A DNA stretch of 64,000 nucleotides from Podarcis vaucheri. Its lineage: Eukaryota. Under the pieces are notes generated by a model. That model saw only the letters and a list, made by a program, of their open reading frames with translations, was not told the origin of the DNA and did no database searches. A program made the position numbers and the translations under genes. The DNA lies in the NCBI GenBank assembly GCA_965113315.1, contig OZ220367.1, one strand, 5' to 3'. Of this stretch, positions 23,916-38,254 are shown one piece after another; position 1 is the first letter of the stretch; each line of letters begins with the position of its first letter.

Positions 23916-26669
23916 ATTCACCCCTCATATTTAATTCAGCTGCTAATAATATTATTTCATCTCCTGTCAGAATATACTGGTATATAATCAAATTAAATTG
24001 GGAGCTCCCCCTGCAGAAAAAAACCCAATTTTTTCTCAGTGAAATATGATTGCCACTACCTCAAACCAGGAAGAAGAAACCAGTCAGTAGTCTCAAACCG
24101 CCATAGTGCATAATGTATAAATGATGATTTGGTTTCAGTGTCAGAGCATTGATGCCTCTCTTAGTGCTTAGGCTATGTGCACTATGTATATTCTTGTGAT
24201 GCATGCACCAGAGATAGATTCCCTACCTCTGTATGCACAGATAGCCTGTATGGTATAGTGCTTAGAGTACCTGGCAGACTGGAGTTCAAATCCCCACTCA
24301 GCCATGAAGCTCACTGGGTCACTACCTCTCCACCTAACCTACTTCACAGCATTGTTGTGAGGGTAAATGGGAAGGAAGAGGAAATATGTATGCCACCTTG
24401 AGCTTACTGGAGGAAATGTGGAGTATAAATGTAAGAAATAAATGAATGAATCTTCAGGTCATCAGGGTATATGGTATACCCCAATTTATTTCCTGAGATT
24501 GAGGTAAAGACAATAACTTATAGGGGCCACTTCAATAAACATATTATGTGGGTAACCAATGATATTCAAGGAGCAAGTAAAATCTCACTTGGAGTTCTCT
24601 TAAAGATATATTAGCAAGGAGCAATGTTAGTTTTTAACATTTGCATTTTCCTTCCAGTGTAGTACATCATATGGGGAAATCTAGTCTTCTTCTGCTAGCT
24701 AAGTCATTTAAGATGACTGTTTCAAGAAAGAATCACCTAAGCAACATATGCATACCAAAAGATTCACAGTAATAGGGACCTAATTCGTTTTTGGCTGACA
24801 AATGTCATATTGCTATTTCTAGCAATTGAATTTATAGTAAAATAAGCAACAGGGTAGATCCAAAAGGTATCTCATAACAGAAATATTACATGACATGTAA
24901 TAATACATGACAATTTTAAACAAAAATAAAATATAAATATTAGTATTGATGTCATATGATGATTTTCAAAAGTTAAGACGTGATTGACACTGTTCTGCAT
25001 TCTCTCCCCCTCTCCTCACTTGTGGCTGGTTGCTATACATTGGCAACCTATTTCTTGATTGTGAGCACTTTGTAACTACACCAACTTTTTGCAATTATCA
25101 TTTTTGCTGTCGTCAACAATTCTGGGATTACAAGACAGTGCATGTCTGATTGAATCCAGGCAATAAGGATTTGGGAGTTAATGGCCAATTATAGTCTGTC
25201 ATTGATTTCTGTTTAAAAAAAATTCCCAAACTGTTTAGACAACAGTTTGGGAAAGAGGGGATGTTCACTGAGACCTTTCATGAGCACCAGAGGAGGTACC
25301 AACTGGCACAGCCATCCTTTGAAATTCGCACATCTTTGAATTTTTCAAATCACTCCTCCAGGGTAAAATGTGCATAAGAATCAACTTATTGTTGAAATAT
25401 ATATATTAAAATACATTATACTCAAGAAAACTGCTTTCCAAAAATGTGTATATTAGGTAAAACTGTGTACAAAAATGTGTATATTAGAAGAAAAAGAATA
25501 TAAAGGGACAGAAGAGTAGAGACTACTTAGCTAGATGGACCTGATATGTGGCAAATTCCTACTATCTAACTGAGATCCAGTGTAGTATAGTATTTAGAGG
25601 GCCAGGGAGTTCCACGTTCAGACACCTGCCCTCTGTCCTTGGGCCAGAAGTTATATCTCAGTCTAGCCAAGACTGCTGTGAGGATTAAAATGGACCATAA
25701 GACATTTTATTTTTGACACCATACATTGCAATCCAGCAACAGCATTCCAAGTGAGATGGGCTGAATCAGTTAAACAGCTGGCCCACTGCAGTCAGTGAGG
25801 CTGCAACCCACAACCCACTTGCTAGGGTAGAGCATGACAGGTGTGTTTGGATCTTATGGCCTTTAGGTTGCAGAAAGCTATTGGATCAGATGTCTGTCAA
25901 GAGCCATCTGTCCCCGTCCCCTTGAGTAGGCAGAAGCGTGGAAGAGAGAGAATAAAGACGAGGATGGGTGTGAGGGTTAGGTCCACTTTCAGCTCTGGTT
26001 ATGCCAACTGATGGCATTCAGCCCAGCATAGCTTATTCTCAAAGACAGATGAAAGATTGACCATCCTTGTACTAAGGAGTAAGTCTCATTAAACTTGGTG
26101 AGATTTGCTTCTGTAAGCATGCAAAGGGAGTTTGCAGTGATGCAAGTAGTTCATGCAGAGTGACCTTACTCATTCTGACTTTCCCATGCTGTAGCCTCAC
26201 AGTTAGAAAAGCCGTAGAAATGTTTCTATAACTGAAGTATCAAAAAGTTGATTGTAAAAAATATTTCCAGTGAAATACTAGTTTTCAAATCCTGTTAGGG
26301 CGCAAATGATAAATGAGCAAATAAAGGAATCCAGTTTGAATATGACATTCTTAGCAGCTGCAGCAAAGTCCATTTGTATTAACCTAGAATAAAATCATTA
26401 TAAAAATTCATATGTTGGGTATTTGCCACCTTATATGTTGAACAGAATAGATAACATTGACTATTAAAACTACTGGAAACATACAGGTGTTGTGAATGAG
26501 GCAGAAAAATAAGAATCTATCTTTTAAGGAAAGAAAACCTCCAAGAAATTTGAAAATATTTTCGTACAGCAGGTTTTTCAACGTTATCTTAAAGCAGCAA
26601 ACATATAAAAGGATATTTGTCCAGCTGTAGACTTGCACTGGAGATTTCATACTATCATAAAGCTGGAAA

Positions 26670-26702
<33 letters not shown>
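26670..26702. repeat. (AAT)n microsatellite
   Basis: Direct AAT units. Confidence 0.9.
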
Positions 26703-26704
<2 letters not shown>

Positions 26705-28037
26705 TAGTTCTCTGCTCCAAAAGAAGGCTTATCCTTCTACCAGTTCTCTTCCCCTTCCTGTTCCAATCCATATACGTAATCCAGACTGTTGTGGCTCATG
26801 AACTAGAAGGTGCCTGTAAGGCAAATACCCCTGGACTCAGGAAATCAAGCCAAGCCAGCAAAATCATGAAAGCAATGCCAATCTATTTGCTGAGGGTCTT
26901 TTTTGTTTATTTGAGATAGGAAAGGAGGACACTCTCTTTTGCCTGTAACCTCAGGCAGAATTTGTTAGTATTTGGGTGGACTGTATTGTTAAAGTATTTT
27001 ACAAATAACAACCCCACCCCACCCCCCAAAAAATCCCAGAGTCTGGGCTTAAGCCTTTTCAATTACTATCATTAAGAGATAAAAAGGAAACAAAAAAACC
27101 CCACTCCATACATTTAAATTATAGCAATTAACTCCCTCCTCTAGCCAATCCCTGAAGTCTACATTATTAGTTGCTTCCAGGTGGGAAAGTAAGGAGGGAA
27201 GGGCATTCCAAGCTTCAAGGCCACACATCAAGTTGGCTGTAAAGTTGAGAATGGAATCTAAAGACTGTAGGAACGCTTAGTAGCAAGAATGCATGCAGTA
27301 TTTGGACGTACTTCTATAAGAACTTTTCTGGGAGTAAGTCCTATTGAACTCAGTGCAACATGCTTTTGAGTAGACACAAATAAGATATGCTGTTAAACCT
27401 TTGGTTTGCTAACATCTCTTGATGAACTAAGTAGCATATGTAGTGACAGATCTCCTCATAAACTATCTTCATATTGTACTTTGTATGCAGTGTGGAATCA
27501 CTGTACCCCCCCCAACCCAATTTTCTATTAGTTCTTAGGAGGAAAGGATTCTGATCATAACATATAGGAATGTTATTAATGCAAGTTGACATTATATGAT
27601 TTGATTTGTTGACACTTTGCCCTTTGCTGCTAGATCTTTAAGGGAGAGTGAGGCCACTGCCTCAGACAGCAGATACTAAAGAGAAGGGAGCAGGCAGAAC
27701 TGTGTGACCCATACAGACTGCCCTGAAAGCCCTAAGGTAGCTTGCTGTCCTCAGATGGGGTGGATAATTTTGTCCCATTGCCAGATGTAAGAGTCAAGTA
27801 CAAGTTTGATCAACTTCCGTGCATGGAATGGGAGAAGTACCATCTTTCCCTTTGCCTCAGGCAGCAAAATGTCTTGGTCTAGCCCTGTGTTGTAGTCAAC
27901 CGGTGTATTACAAAGAGATGAAGTTGAAGTATGCTAACATCTTGCTAAATCACCTACCAGCACTTAAAAAAAGAAAAATCAACCAAGGATTAGCAATAGT
28001 CAGCCTTTAGTTGAGCAAAAGATACCCAAGTTAGATA

Positions 28038-28263
28038 CAGTGGTACCTCGGGTTACAGACGCTTCAGGTTACAGACTCCGCTAACCCAGAAATAGTACCT
28101 CGGGTTAAGAACTTTGCTTCAGGATGAGAACAGAAATCACGCGGTGGCGGCACGGCAGCAGAGGGAGGCCCCATTAGCTAAAGTGGTGCTTCAGGTTAAG
28201 AACAGTTTCAGGTTAAGAACGGACCTCCAGAACAAATTAAGTTCTTAACCCGAGGTACCACTG
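28038..28263. mobile_element. Tc1/mariner-type MITE, CAGTGGTACC family, copy 3 (opposite orientation to copies 1, 2 and 4)
   Basis: TIRs CAGTGGTACCTCGGGTTA / TAACCCGAGGTACCACTG with TA TSD. Confidence 0.92.
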
Positions 28264-28629
28264 TACTGGAAGAATGTTGTTATTTGCAGAAAAGCATGAA
28301 GAAACTAAGGATAAACTCTACAAAAGGAGGCAACTTTCCCAAAAAAAATTTTAAATGCACATAAGGGGACTTAAAGAAACCATTTCGTCTTGCATTGTAG
28401 GTAGGAAAACTAAATTCTGCATAGTATTTGTCACCTGCAATAGAAATACATGAATGTAGTAGAGCTGTCTGTTTTTAGACTTCACGTTCTGGGTGGCAGG
28501 GAAGCAATATTGGATAAACGGAAGAAATTCTTTGCATATTTCAGCAGCTTGGATTTAATTGACATACCAGTGAAAAAAACAAATCAAATGGAATTTAAAT
28601 TGTACTTCTCTGATTCTGTTTGGTTTCAG

Positions 28630-29441
28630 GTTATGGTCATACCTACCCTGTGACAAGACCTGGGAAATACTTGTGTATGCTGTATGCATTATTTGGCATC
28701 CCTCTAATGTTCTTAGTTCTCACTGATATGGGAGACATCCTCTCATCTATATTATCCACATCTTACAATAAAGGGAGACAACTACAGTCAAAAATATTAG
28801 CCAGACTTTCTCTTGCATCCTGCTGGAAGAAGAAGAGAGACTCAAAATCTGGATCCTTAGCCCTCAGGCAAACCAAAGTAGTCCTTCATGAACCTTTAAA
28901 CATCAAAGAAGTGCTAAGACATCATTCTTCACTGAAAATAAAGCCTTGCCAAAGTCGAAATGCTGAAATATTTGAACAACTTATTGCCAGGGAGAACCAG
29001 TTCCTTGCACCACCGAGACCTGGCAAGTTTGAACGATGGAGTTCATGCCCTGAACTGGATTCAGGGGCAATGATGAACCACATGATTGACAATATTGACA
29101 ATATAGGGAAAAGAGTAGAAAAGCTGGATGTGCCATTTTGGTTGATGATGCTCATTGTCTTTGTATACATTTCCTGCGCTGCCGCCATCCTTCCGCGCTG
29201 GGAAAGCCGTTTGAATTTCGAGGGCGCTTTCTATTTCTGCTTCATCACCTTAACAACAATTGGCTTTGGTGACGTTGCCCTGGAACACCCCAACTTCTTT
29301 TTGTTTTTGTCATTTTATATTGTGGTCGGCATGGAAATTGTCATCATCGCTTTCAAGCTGGGACAAGACAGGCTCATTTCTCTGTACAAAAAGTTGATCT
29401 GCTGCATCGGACGAAAAAATACCCCACCAAAAATGGTATGA
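28630..29441 (+). CDS. KCNK18: TRESK coding exon 3 (GYG filter, TM2, long cytoplasmic loop, TM3, GFG filter, TM4)
   Basis: Acceptor TTTCAG|GT completes TVGYG. Contains SCPEL, LDVP, FYFCFITLTTIGFGD and a short C-terminus. Exons total 220+144+812 = 1176 nt = 391 aa plus stop. Confidence 0.96.
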
Positions 29442-29687
29442 AGAATGTCCATCTAACTAAAAGGAGAGGCAGCAACATCAGTTCCAAACTCATGTTGATG
29501 GGCAGCTGCTGCAGGCTATTGCAAATGCTTTTGTTTTTCGACCTTTGATTCAGTAATGGAAAATCACGATGGGTGATTATTTTCATTGACAGTGGGATCT
29601 GCTGTAAACTAGTGAAATGATTATGTAGCAGCTGAACACAAATGATAGTGAGGGCATTCCTCCCCTTTAAGGAGTTAAAACTGATGG

Positions 29688-29916
29688 AATAAAACTATTC
29701 TTTGGAACACTAGGAAATATAGAAGGTGCCTCTCTGTTAAATATGAATATTTACAATTGTGTGGACATATCAACCATTTGGCTCCCCCCACTCCATTGGC
29801 AATGACAGTGGTGAGCTAGAATAATTGATAATAACCATGAAATATTTACAATATTAATATACCACATCTTACTGAAATTGGTTCCATGTACGTTTACGCA
29901 ATTGAAATAAAATAAA
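29688..29916 (+). terminator. Candidate KCNK18 polyadenylation signals
   Basis: AATAAA at 29688 and tandem AATAAA at 29906-29916, downstream of the stop codon. Confidence 0.35.
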
Positions 29917-30009
29917 ACAGACAATTGGTAAGATTTCAAAATGTTTAAAGTTTAAAAGCCTGGGATAATAAAAGGGGGGTTGTTTGGCACCTAAAATATG
30001 ATGGTGATT

Positions 30010-30037
30010 AATCAATCAATCAATCAATCAATCAATC
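30010..30037. repeat. (ATCA)n microsatellite
   Basis: Direct tetranucleotide repeat. Confidence 0.9.
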
Positions 30038-31329
30038 TATATAACACTTGATGCAAAAAAAGGACTTCAACATGGTTTACAGGTATATAAAAATTACAGA
30101 ATCATTGAAATATAGGCATCCAAAATTAAAATGTGCAATAAAACAATTTCATCAAAATATAGACAATTGAATCTGCAATTAAGGGGTCATCCATAACAGC
30201 AAGAACTCCTTGATGGACACTGGTGTGGAAGCTGTTTTTCTCTCAGCTGTCCCTGATCTAAGCATGGCAAATGGCTTTGAAAACCACTGAGAAGAAATCC
30301 AGAAGAACCCACCATGTTACATTCCCTCTGTATCTCCTAGAGGTGGTTATCAACCAGGGCAACCAAGGCAGTTTCAGATGGCAACATTACTACCATGTGA
30401 ACTTCCTGGGGCATGCCATTCCATGAATGAGGCACCATGGCTGAGAAAGCCCCCTCTCCAGTTATCACTCACTTCACTGATGTCACCCAGGTCTATTTTT
30501 TGTGTGTCACATCTGAACCAGAAGTGGCTGTATAAGCTCTGGACTGGATGCTGTGGTGGGCTGGATGAAGGCTAGGAAACTGAGTGAATCCTGGCATGAC
30601 AGAGCTTCTGTGGGCAAGTGGTTTCTGTTGTCAGAAGATAGGCCAGCTGTCTGTTCTGGGCAGGGTTGCATGACCTTTGAAAGTGCAGGCATGCAGTCTG
30701 GGGGATGCTCCTACAGGTGTCTGTCACTGGAAACTCAGGTATCTTCCTAGGCTTGAAAAATCTGCCAATAAGCCAATATGCTACTGGGTCCAATCTCTTC
30801 TTCTTCTTTCTTTGGCAATCACTCATAGCCAAATATGGTCTTAACAGTGTGTCCGTAAGTGACTGTGGAGGCCAATTCTGGACCCACAGATCAAATTTAA
30901 GGTGCTGCTGTTAGTATGTATATAAAGCCTTAAACAATTTGGGGCCACTGCCAGGCAAAGCCACCCCCTGAATGGTCGGCAGCAAGAAAGTGGACAGGTG
31001 AGAGATGGCTGAGGGCAATCTGAGGTTGGTGGGCCAACTGCCCATTTGCCCTAACAGATCAACCTCTACCAGTAGCAGCACTGATGTTATGGAATTCCCT
31101 GCCAAAGAAGATCAAGCAAGTTCCATCTGTATTAACTTAGAAGCAAAGATCTTTGTTTAATCAAGCTTTCCTGAAATGTGACCAGTTTTGTATTATTAGT
31201 TACTTGACTGACAGCACAGTATTCATGTTTGAATTTTATATTGTTTCATGTAATGTTTTGTATCATTCAGCACTTAGGTGGGACTTTCCTTTTGACTGAA
31301 TGGTGTATAAATTTGCTAAAGAAAATAAA

Positions 31330-31700
31330 GAATAACAGGAAAGAACCTTAGCTAATGATCTGAGAGTGCAAGCAGGAAGGCACTCCTGCAAGTACTGGGA
31401 TCCCAAGCTGTTTAGGCTTTAAAAGTCAATGCTAGCACTTTGAGTGGGCATAGAAGTGGGCAGCCAGCCAGTTGAGCTCTTTTAATGATATATGACCTGA
31501 ATAGGCTGTGCCAGTTAACATCCTGGCAGCTGTATCAGCTCAAGCTTCCAAACTGATGCCTTCAAAGGCAGCCCCAGATGGAACACATTATAGGAATCCA
31601 ATTGGGAGGTTATCAGGGCATGGGCAACTGTGGACAGACTAGCCTTGTGCAGGAGAAGCCACAGATAATAAACCAGGCAAAGCTAATGAAAAGCACTATG
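31330..31700 (-). mobile_element. Degraded L2-type LINE fragment
   Basis: GGCAGCCCCAGATG...TAGGAATCCAATTGGGAGGTTATCAGGGCATG reads on the minus strand like HAL.TS.LD.YN...GLP of L2 ORF2. Confidence 0.55.
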
Positions 31701-34700
31701 ACAGCCTAGGCTGTAGCTTGCCCCATGAGAGAGAGAGAGAGAGAAGGAAGGCAACTAAACCAGTCCAACCAACCCCTTCTTGGCCACTTCACCTCTGTCA
31801 CAAAGGGGATGTCTTTATTTTTCTCCGGGTGCCTCTGCTAAAAAGCCCTTTAATTGGCACAACTTGCTCCTAATACTGAGTAGTGTGGCATTTAGGGTGC
31901 AATCCTAATCCTGGCTGCCAAGCAGCAAGGCTTTATCAAGCAACAGGCCACATCTCCAGCCCCGACACACACAGCAGCCGACGTGGAAGGTGGAGGGAGG
32001 CAGCAAAAGTGCTGGAGCTGATGCATCAACTGGGCCCAGTGTCATCACACAACAGCAGTGGCTCAGGATGAACAGATCCTAGGGCAGCTTCCCTCCTCTA
32101 CAAAAATACTCCATTTCAGGGTAGAGGAGATCCCGTAGGAAGCACTGCTGCACACCGAACATTTCGTAGGCAGAAGGATAATAACATCAATGGAATGAAA
32201 CCTGCAACATTTCACCAGTGGCAGAAGGCTGGAGGCTAGCTTAGCCAGGAGAGCTGGGTGGAAATGACTGAACACTCCCACCCCTGGGCCTGGTGCAAGA
32301 GAGAAGATTGAATTGGTTTGCCAGGCACTGAATGAATAACAAGGTCTCATACCCCGCCCCCCCCCATGAAGCTTTTCACAATGTGTTCCTTGGAAAATAT
32401 ATGTGGCTGAGAGGGATATGTCAAATTTTCCTGCATATGTCCAATCTTTGTTTGTTACTTTGCAGAGAATACTTGGATAGAGTTTAAGCACTCCTCACAC
32501 ATCCTGATCTTCTTCTTTTTATGGCTCAACTATGTATTATGTGCTGCTGATAATGGATGGTGTTCAGAATTGTGTGTGTGTGTTACTAATAGCTTTTGTG
32601 GAATGTGGAGGTGAAGGGCCAACTGATTCTCATGCTTACAGAGCTCAAGAAATGAAACATGGCTGAGAGCAAAAAAACCCCAACAACCCAATAAATTCTC
32701 AAAATCATAAAAACCGCAATTTTTCTTATTAAGCATAGTGAATGCATTTCTTCTATTTCCTACAGTACTATCACTAGAAACTTTCTTTCACAACAATGTA
32801 CTCCTGTTATTAAAGCACATAATGAAAACTCACCTTGCAAACAGCAAAGATTCCTCCCCCCAGGCATGCACTTGCTTTGAGTTAGCAGTCATTGTGTGCA
32901 CAACTAACCTGATTTAATGTTCTAGCTGCAGTTACAATAATATTTTCAGAGAGTCAGAGTTGGGCATGCATTGTCAGTGTTTCTGTAAAACTGCAGTCTG
33001 AAAAGCACTTTAAATTCTTATACCAAATTTTACCAATAATAACTTGGCTGAACAGACTGGTGCCTTCTCACCAACCTTTCATTTTCACAGTGAAATCATC
33101 TCATAGCAGGGCTGTTACAAAGATTAAATCAATGACTCTTAATGTATACCTTGATCACAGAAAAGCGTTGTCATCCTAATGCATGAATATTTTCCCAATG
33201 GTGCTTACACTTGGTCTCGAAAGTGGGTTTGATTCTCTTTGTCACACAAATCCTATATACAAGTGCATTTTGATTGTCAGAAAGTTCAGTAGTGCAGAAC
33301 TGGGTATACAGGCTTTCGTATCAGTGAAGTATTCCTGGTAGGGTCACTGCTCTGACTTTTAAAACCCTGCTTCAATACAAATGGGCAGTTCTTCAGTATG
33401 TATCATTTGATTATGCTGGACTCCTTTTACAGTTGACATTTTGATCTGAGCTGATTGTTTTTCCCGTATAAGAAGCAGGAGCACTGCTAGGTACTTAAGA
33501 GATTAACAACCCAGGCCCATGCCACAAATTGGCACAACATATGCATATGCTAATTTATATGCATAGATGCAAGTTTAGGTGTCTGAGTGAATTAAGATGG
33601 TGTGGCTGGGGTCTCTGCCACTGTGCTTCATAGCATCCCCAGCATGCCCTGTAAGCAAAGGCTCCCCTCCCACAACATGACACTAATTTATTGCCCTGCC
33701 AGTGCAAGGATTTCTGCTTGCACAATGGGACTTGCCCCCTTCCCCATGTGTGCCCCTCCCCAAATCTGCTCCAGAGGCTAGGGGATACCCCCAGATCAGA
33801 TTTAGGGGGCCTGTGAGGGAAGAAAGTCCCACTGCACAAGCAGAAATCTTTGTGCTCATGGGACAGTTCCTTAGCACTACATTCAATGCAAGCCCAAGCA
33901 GATTTTTTAAAAGTTTGTTTTTAATGGTAAAGGAGTCCAGAGATCTGGGGCCCAGCATAAAAGATGTGGGTCTTGGAGGGGGCCTGCTAAACCACCCACT
34001 AACCACACCCCTGGTAAGAAGTGAGAAAATAAAAATCCACGTTCTGAGTTCCTGATCTTTTTGCAAACTGTTAATGACGTTTGTCCAATAAAAGCAGTTA
34101 TTTTATGTTTGTTTCCTATGGTTTAAGCAAAGAGTATTTAGATAAACGGGCTTTCAGTAACCTCAATAATCATGATTGATTGCTAGGAATTAATGAATAA
34201 TTTATCATATGCTTTAATGTATGCAAAACAATACTAATAAAGGTTATGCCTGCATCACACCATTCTAGGTATTTAATCTTTAGTTTCATTTGGCAGCTGT
34301 TGTTCCAAAATAACAGCACTGTTTGGAGTGACTTACGGATTTCTTTCAGGTTGCCTGATATTTACTTATGCTCTACAATGCCTCTAAGCTTGCCCTGATA
34401 TAACTGAAAAGTAACGAAACAATTTCACCCAAAGCTCAACTAGGGCTTCCAGGAAAACATAGGTAAATATGAAGCTGTCTTGAAATTACTCTGGAGATGT
34501 AAATTTGGGTGGCCCCTCTGAAGTGGCACTTAGTATGGACTCTTAAGTCCCCAAAACAGCACCATACACACAGAAGAGGGAGATATCAACAGACCTGGTG
34601 CAACCCCAAGGCTTGCAGATAAACAAAAGGAAACCTTTAGAAAAAACCTTAGGCGTGGAAACCCTAAAGCAAACGAAACACAGTGGAAAGGGAAAATTGA

Positions 34701-35149
34701 AAATAGGCGTGGGTGGGAGATGGAATAACATAGGAGCACCAGAAGCTGCCTTATTGTCAGACTCACATACCCCAAACACCACCGCTGAATGTCCAGCACT
34801 CATTCAGCAATTGGGTTCTCTCCAGATTGACGTTTGCTCCAATTTTGCATAAAAGAGCAGGTTTTCTCCGGGAAGGGCAAGGGGGAAAGGCACAGCACAA
34901 ACAGAAGTGTGGAACACTTAAGAGGTGTTTTTAATATTTCGTTGAGAGCCACCCAGAGCGGCTGGGGCAACCCAGTCAGTTGGGTGGCATATAAATAATA
35001 AAATTATTATTGTTGTTGTTGTTGTTAAGTGTAAGAAAGACTAATAGCAGTATAGGCTCAGCAGCAAACCTAAGGTCCAGAAGTCTAGATTCTAAGAGAT
35101 TCATAACCTAATGGATGCTTCGAAGATGTCCTGAAAGGTAACATGTCCC

Positions 35150-35586
35150 TTCTGCCAAACTTTTAAAGACGAAGCAGGCTGAGCTTCCTCATTACACACT
35201 CTTGTTCTGTGGGCCTGCTTTGTAGACATGTGCTCTCTCTGGGTGCATTTGAACCCACCAAAGAAGGTAGCACTTTGTTTTCAGTGACAAGACTGTGTCC
35301 TGTCCCTCTGCCTCCAGCACCACTGCCATCTCCTCCTGTTCTGCCCCTCTCTTTGACTGGTTGAAGTCCTGCCTGCTCCCTGACAAGGCTCAGTACTCCC
35401 TGGAGGGGCAGGGGAGAGAGCTGGCCCATCTGCTTCTCTCTCTTTGACACCCAGAGGCAAAAGCAGAGGACTTCCCTTCTCCATGCCTTTGTGCCAGCCT
35501 TCCAGCCCTCCATCGGCTCTTCCTCCTTGACCATCTGGGGTAACCAAACTATGACACATCCTGATGGAACCACAGAGTCCATGACA
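35150..35586 (-). mobile_element. Old LTR-like element, related to 19229-19750
   Basis: The minus strand starts TGTCA (35586 or 35556) and is purine-rich. It has a homologous block with 19490-19620. Confidence 0.45.
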
Positions 35587-35939
35587 CCTATTCTGAGCCA
35601 GACAATTGTTCCATTTAACTCAATATTATCTAAATTGATGGGCCACAGCTTTTCAGGGTTTCAGGCATGATTGAACCTGGGTCCTTCTGTACATAAATCT
35701 GTGCTCTTCCACTGAGCTCTAATGTCAGAAATGTCAAACAAGCATGCTCAACTGTTTGAAGTGTCTCTCACAATAATGTGGAAATGAAAGAGAATGGAAC
35801 TTGATCTAATATCACCACAATTCTGAGGATAGTTTCTCCCAGGAAGACACCAACAACGTAAAATATAATATATTCTTTGACATAACAGAGCTATGTCAAA
35901 GCCTGATATTGGTTTGGAAAGGAACATTCTCAATAGTGA

Positions 35940-36090
35940 CAGTGCTTCTTTTCTGGGGGTACGCAGGGGTACGCATTCTTCTAAACATTTTGTGAATCTA
36001 AGTTTGGCCTCCTTGAGGGGGAGTATTTCAATATGAGTAGGAAAATGAGAGTACCCCTAAACATTTTTTTTTTTAGAAAAAAACACCCTG
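35940..36090. mobile_element. hAT-type MITE (GGGGTACGCAGGGGTAC family)
   Basis: Ends CAGTGCTTCTTTTCT / AGAAAAAAACACCCTG. Flanks AATAGTGA / AATAGTGG (7/8 TSD). Confidence 0.75.
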
Positions 36091-38254
36091 AATAGTGGCA
36101 TCCCAGTTTGGAATGCCCTCACCTCCCATGATAATAAAGTGTCAGCTCCACATAAAAATGTGACTATTCACACAGCCATTTGGCTAAACTAGTGCCCTCT
36201 CTTGGCTGATGGAGTTACTGTACATTGCTAGCACATTGCTTGGTGTTTGTTTTTTGTTTTTTACATTAAGTTGTATTTAAATGAAATATTTTTGTTGTTG
36301 TATTTTAATGTTGTTCCTTGGCCTGAGATTGTGTGAAGAATAAAGGGCTGCCGCAAATGAACAAATAAAATTATGCTGGGAACGTCTTCATGTAGTGGGA
36401 GCAAAATGCTCTTGTAAAAGTCTTGGGGGTGGGGGGAGATCATCTGAATGTATCCGTAATTCCATGGAAACAAGATAATCAAGAAAAGCTATAGCACAGA
36501 CCTTCTTCTAAAAGCTGGTGATACTTGATTCTCTGCTTCAGCAGAATTACTTGGCTTTCATGCTATGTTGGCTGTTGGCTGGCTCCATGCTGAGTGCTCT
36601 GAAGGAGCAACTCATTGACTTGTGGAAAGAATAAGTGACTGTTGACACTGCTGCCTATTGCCGTATGTGATACAAGGTCTCCAGAAACAATCACATGTTT
36701 AGAGGATTGTGCTTCCAGACGGCACATACTACTCTTCCATAAGCTTGCCTTGCTATTCATTTCAAACAATGGGTCAAGTACTGAGAGACTAAAATGCAAA
36801 CAAGACCAGCAGTGTTAATTCAGGTGAAGGCTTTCACATTTTAGGTGGTTTTGTCCTGCAGAAACATACTTCAATACTGTAACTGATAACTAGGAGTTTC
36901 TGATTTGCTCTATATCAACTTCAGCTGGTGGAAACTGTGCTTCCGCTTTGGGTATGGTTCCAACATTTGATAAACTGGGAGCTGTCTTTAAAAAGTGCAT
37001 CCTGTCTGCAAGAAATTAAACCATTTCCTTCAGTAGTGGCTGTGTATGTAATATGTTTAAAAAGTGAAAAGCGACTGGCCTGAAGTCACCCAGTGAGCTT
37101 CCCGGCCAAGTTGGCATTTGAACCCTGAAATGCCTTCTCATGAGTGGAGGGCAAGTCCTCTCTTTGGGCCCAACCTGCTGAATTATATTTTGTGTTTTCA
37201 TTTCACATTATTATGGTACAACAGATTCTAAGTTATAATTTGATAATTATTCTAGGTAGGTCCTTGAAGAAATATTTAAAATTAGTATCCTGTTCAATTC
37301 CAAATCTACTGCTACTTAGCTCAAAATTCCTGCAGCATATGCTTTTAAGTGCTTTGTTTTCATTGGCCAAATCTCTCCCCCCCCCTCAGTTAATTGTATT
37401 CTAAGCCACATAATGAATTTAAATTTTAAATTAAAGAACTTACATCAAATTTCAAAATGTGGATGTATTCATATTTTTAAAAAATCAGCTTGCCCTAATA
37501 ATTCCTCTAGGGCTGCCACTACAGTATCTATCACATCTACATCATATGTAATGAAAATGCATTTATGGCTTGGTAGCAAATATATTGCAGTATAGCTTAT
37601 TAAAGCATGTCCATGTCATAAATTTGGCCAATTTGCTAACATAAAAGAGTCTGGTGACATCAGCATTGTTGTCTGTCTATGTCCAAATGATGCAATTAAA
37701 AAGCATTGCAAATAAAGCATGTGCAGCATGCAATTGTCCAAATGGAAAGTGTTCCAGCTGTACTGCCTTTATTTTTTCAAATTACATCTTGGAGCATAGC
37801 CATTTGACCAGCATTTATAAAAAGGCCAATGTCTTATCAGAGCATTCATTTTTTGTGTGCTTCCATTAATAAATACACATTATGATCATTGTGCAAACAC
37901 ACTGGAGCCTTCCAGCAAGCACCAGGGAGAAGAATGCAAAGGTTTCAAATTATAGCACTTTCCATTATGAACCAGCTATCTTGAACCTAGCAGGAGGGCA
38001 GAAGTGGGCTATTTGAAAGGAGCAACAAAGCAGGATTCCCCCCCCCCCCAGCAAGGGAGGAAATAAATATAGTGAGCCTATTTGTGAACAAATATGCAAC
38101 TTCTGGTATATGGATAAAAGTTGTAGTTGTTTTGTTGTTGCTGCTGTTGCAATGCTCACACTTTTGAAGGACTTTTCAGGCCTGTGCTCACTCGGTTCTG
38201 TTAAAAAACAACAAGCCAACAACAACAACTTGGGATTTTCATTAGGAAAAACTA

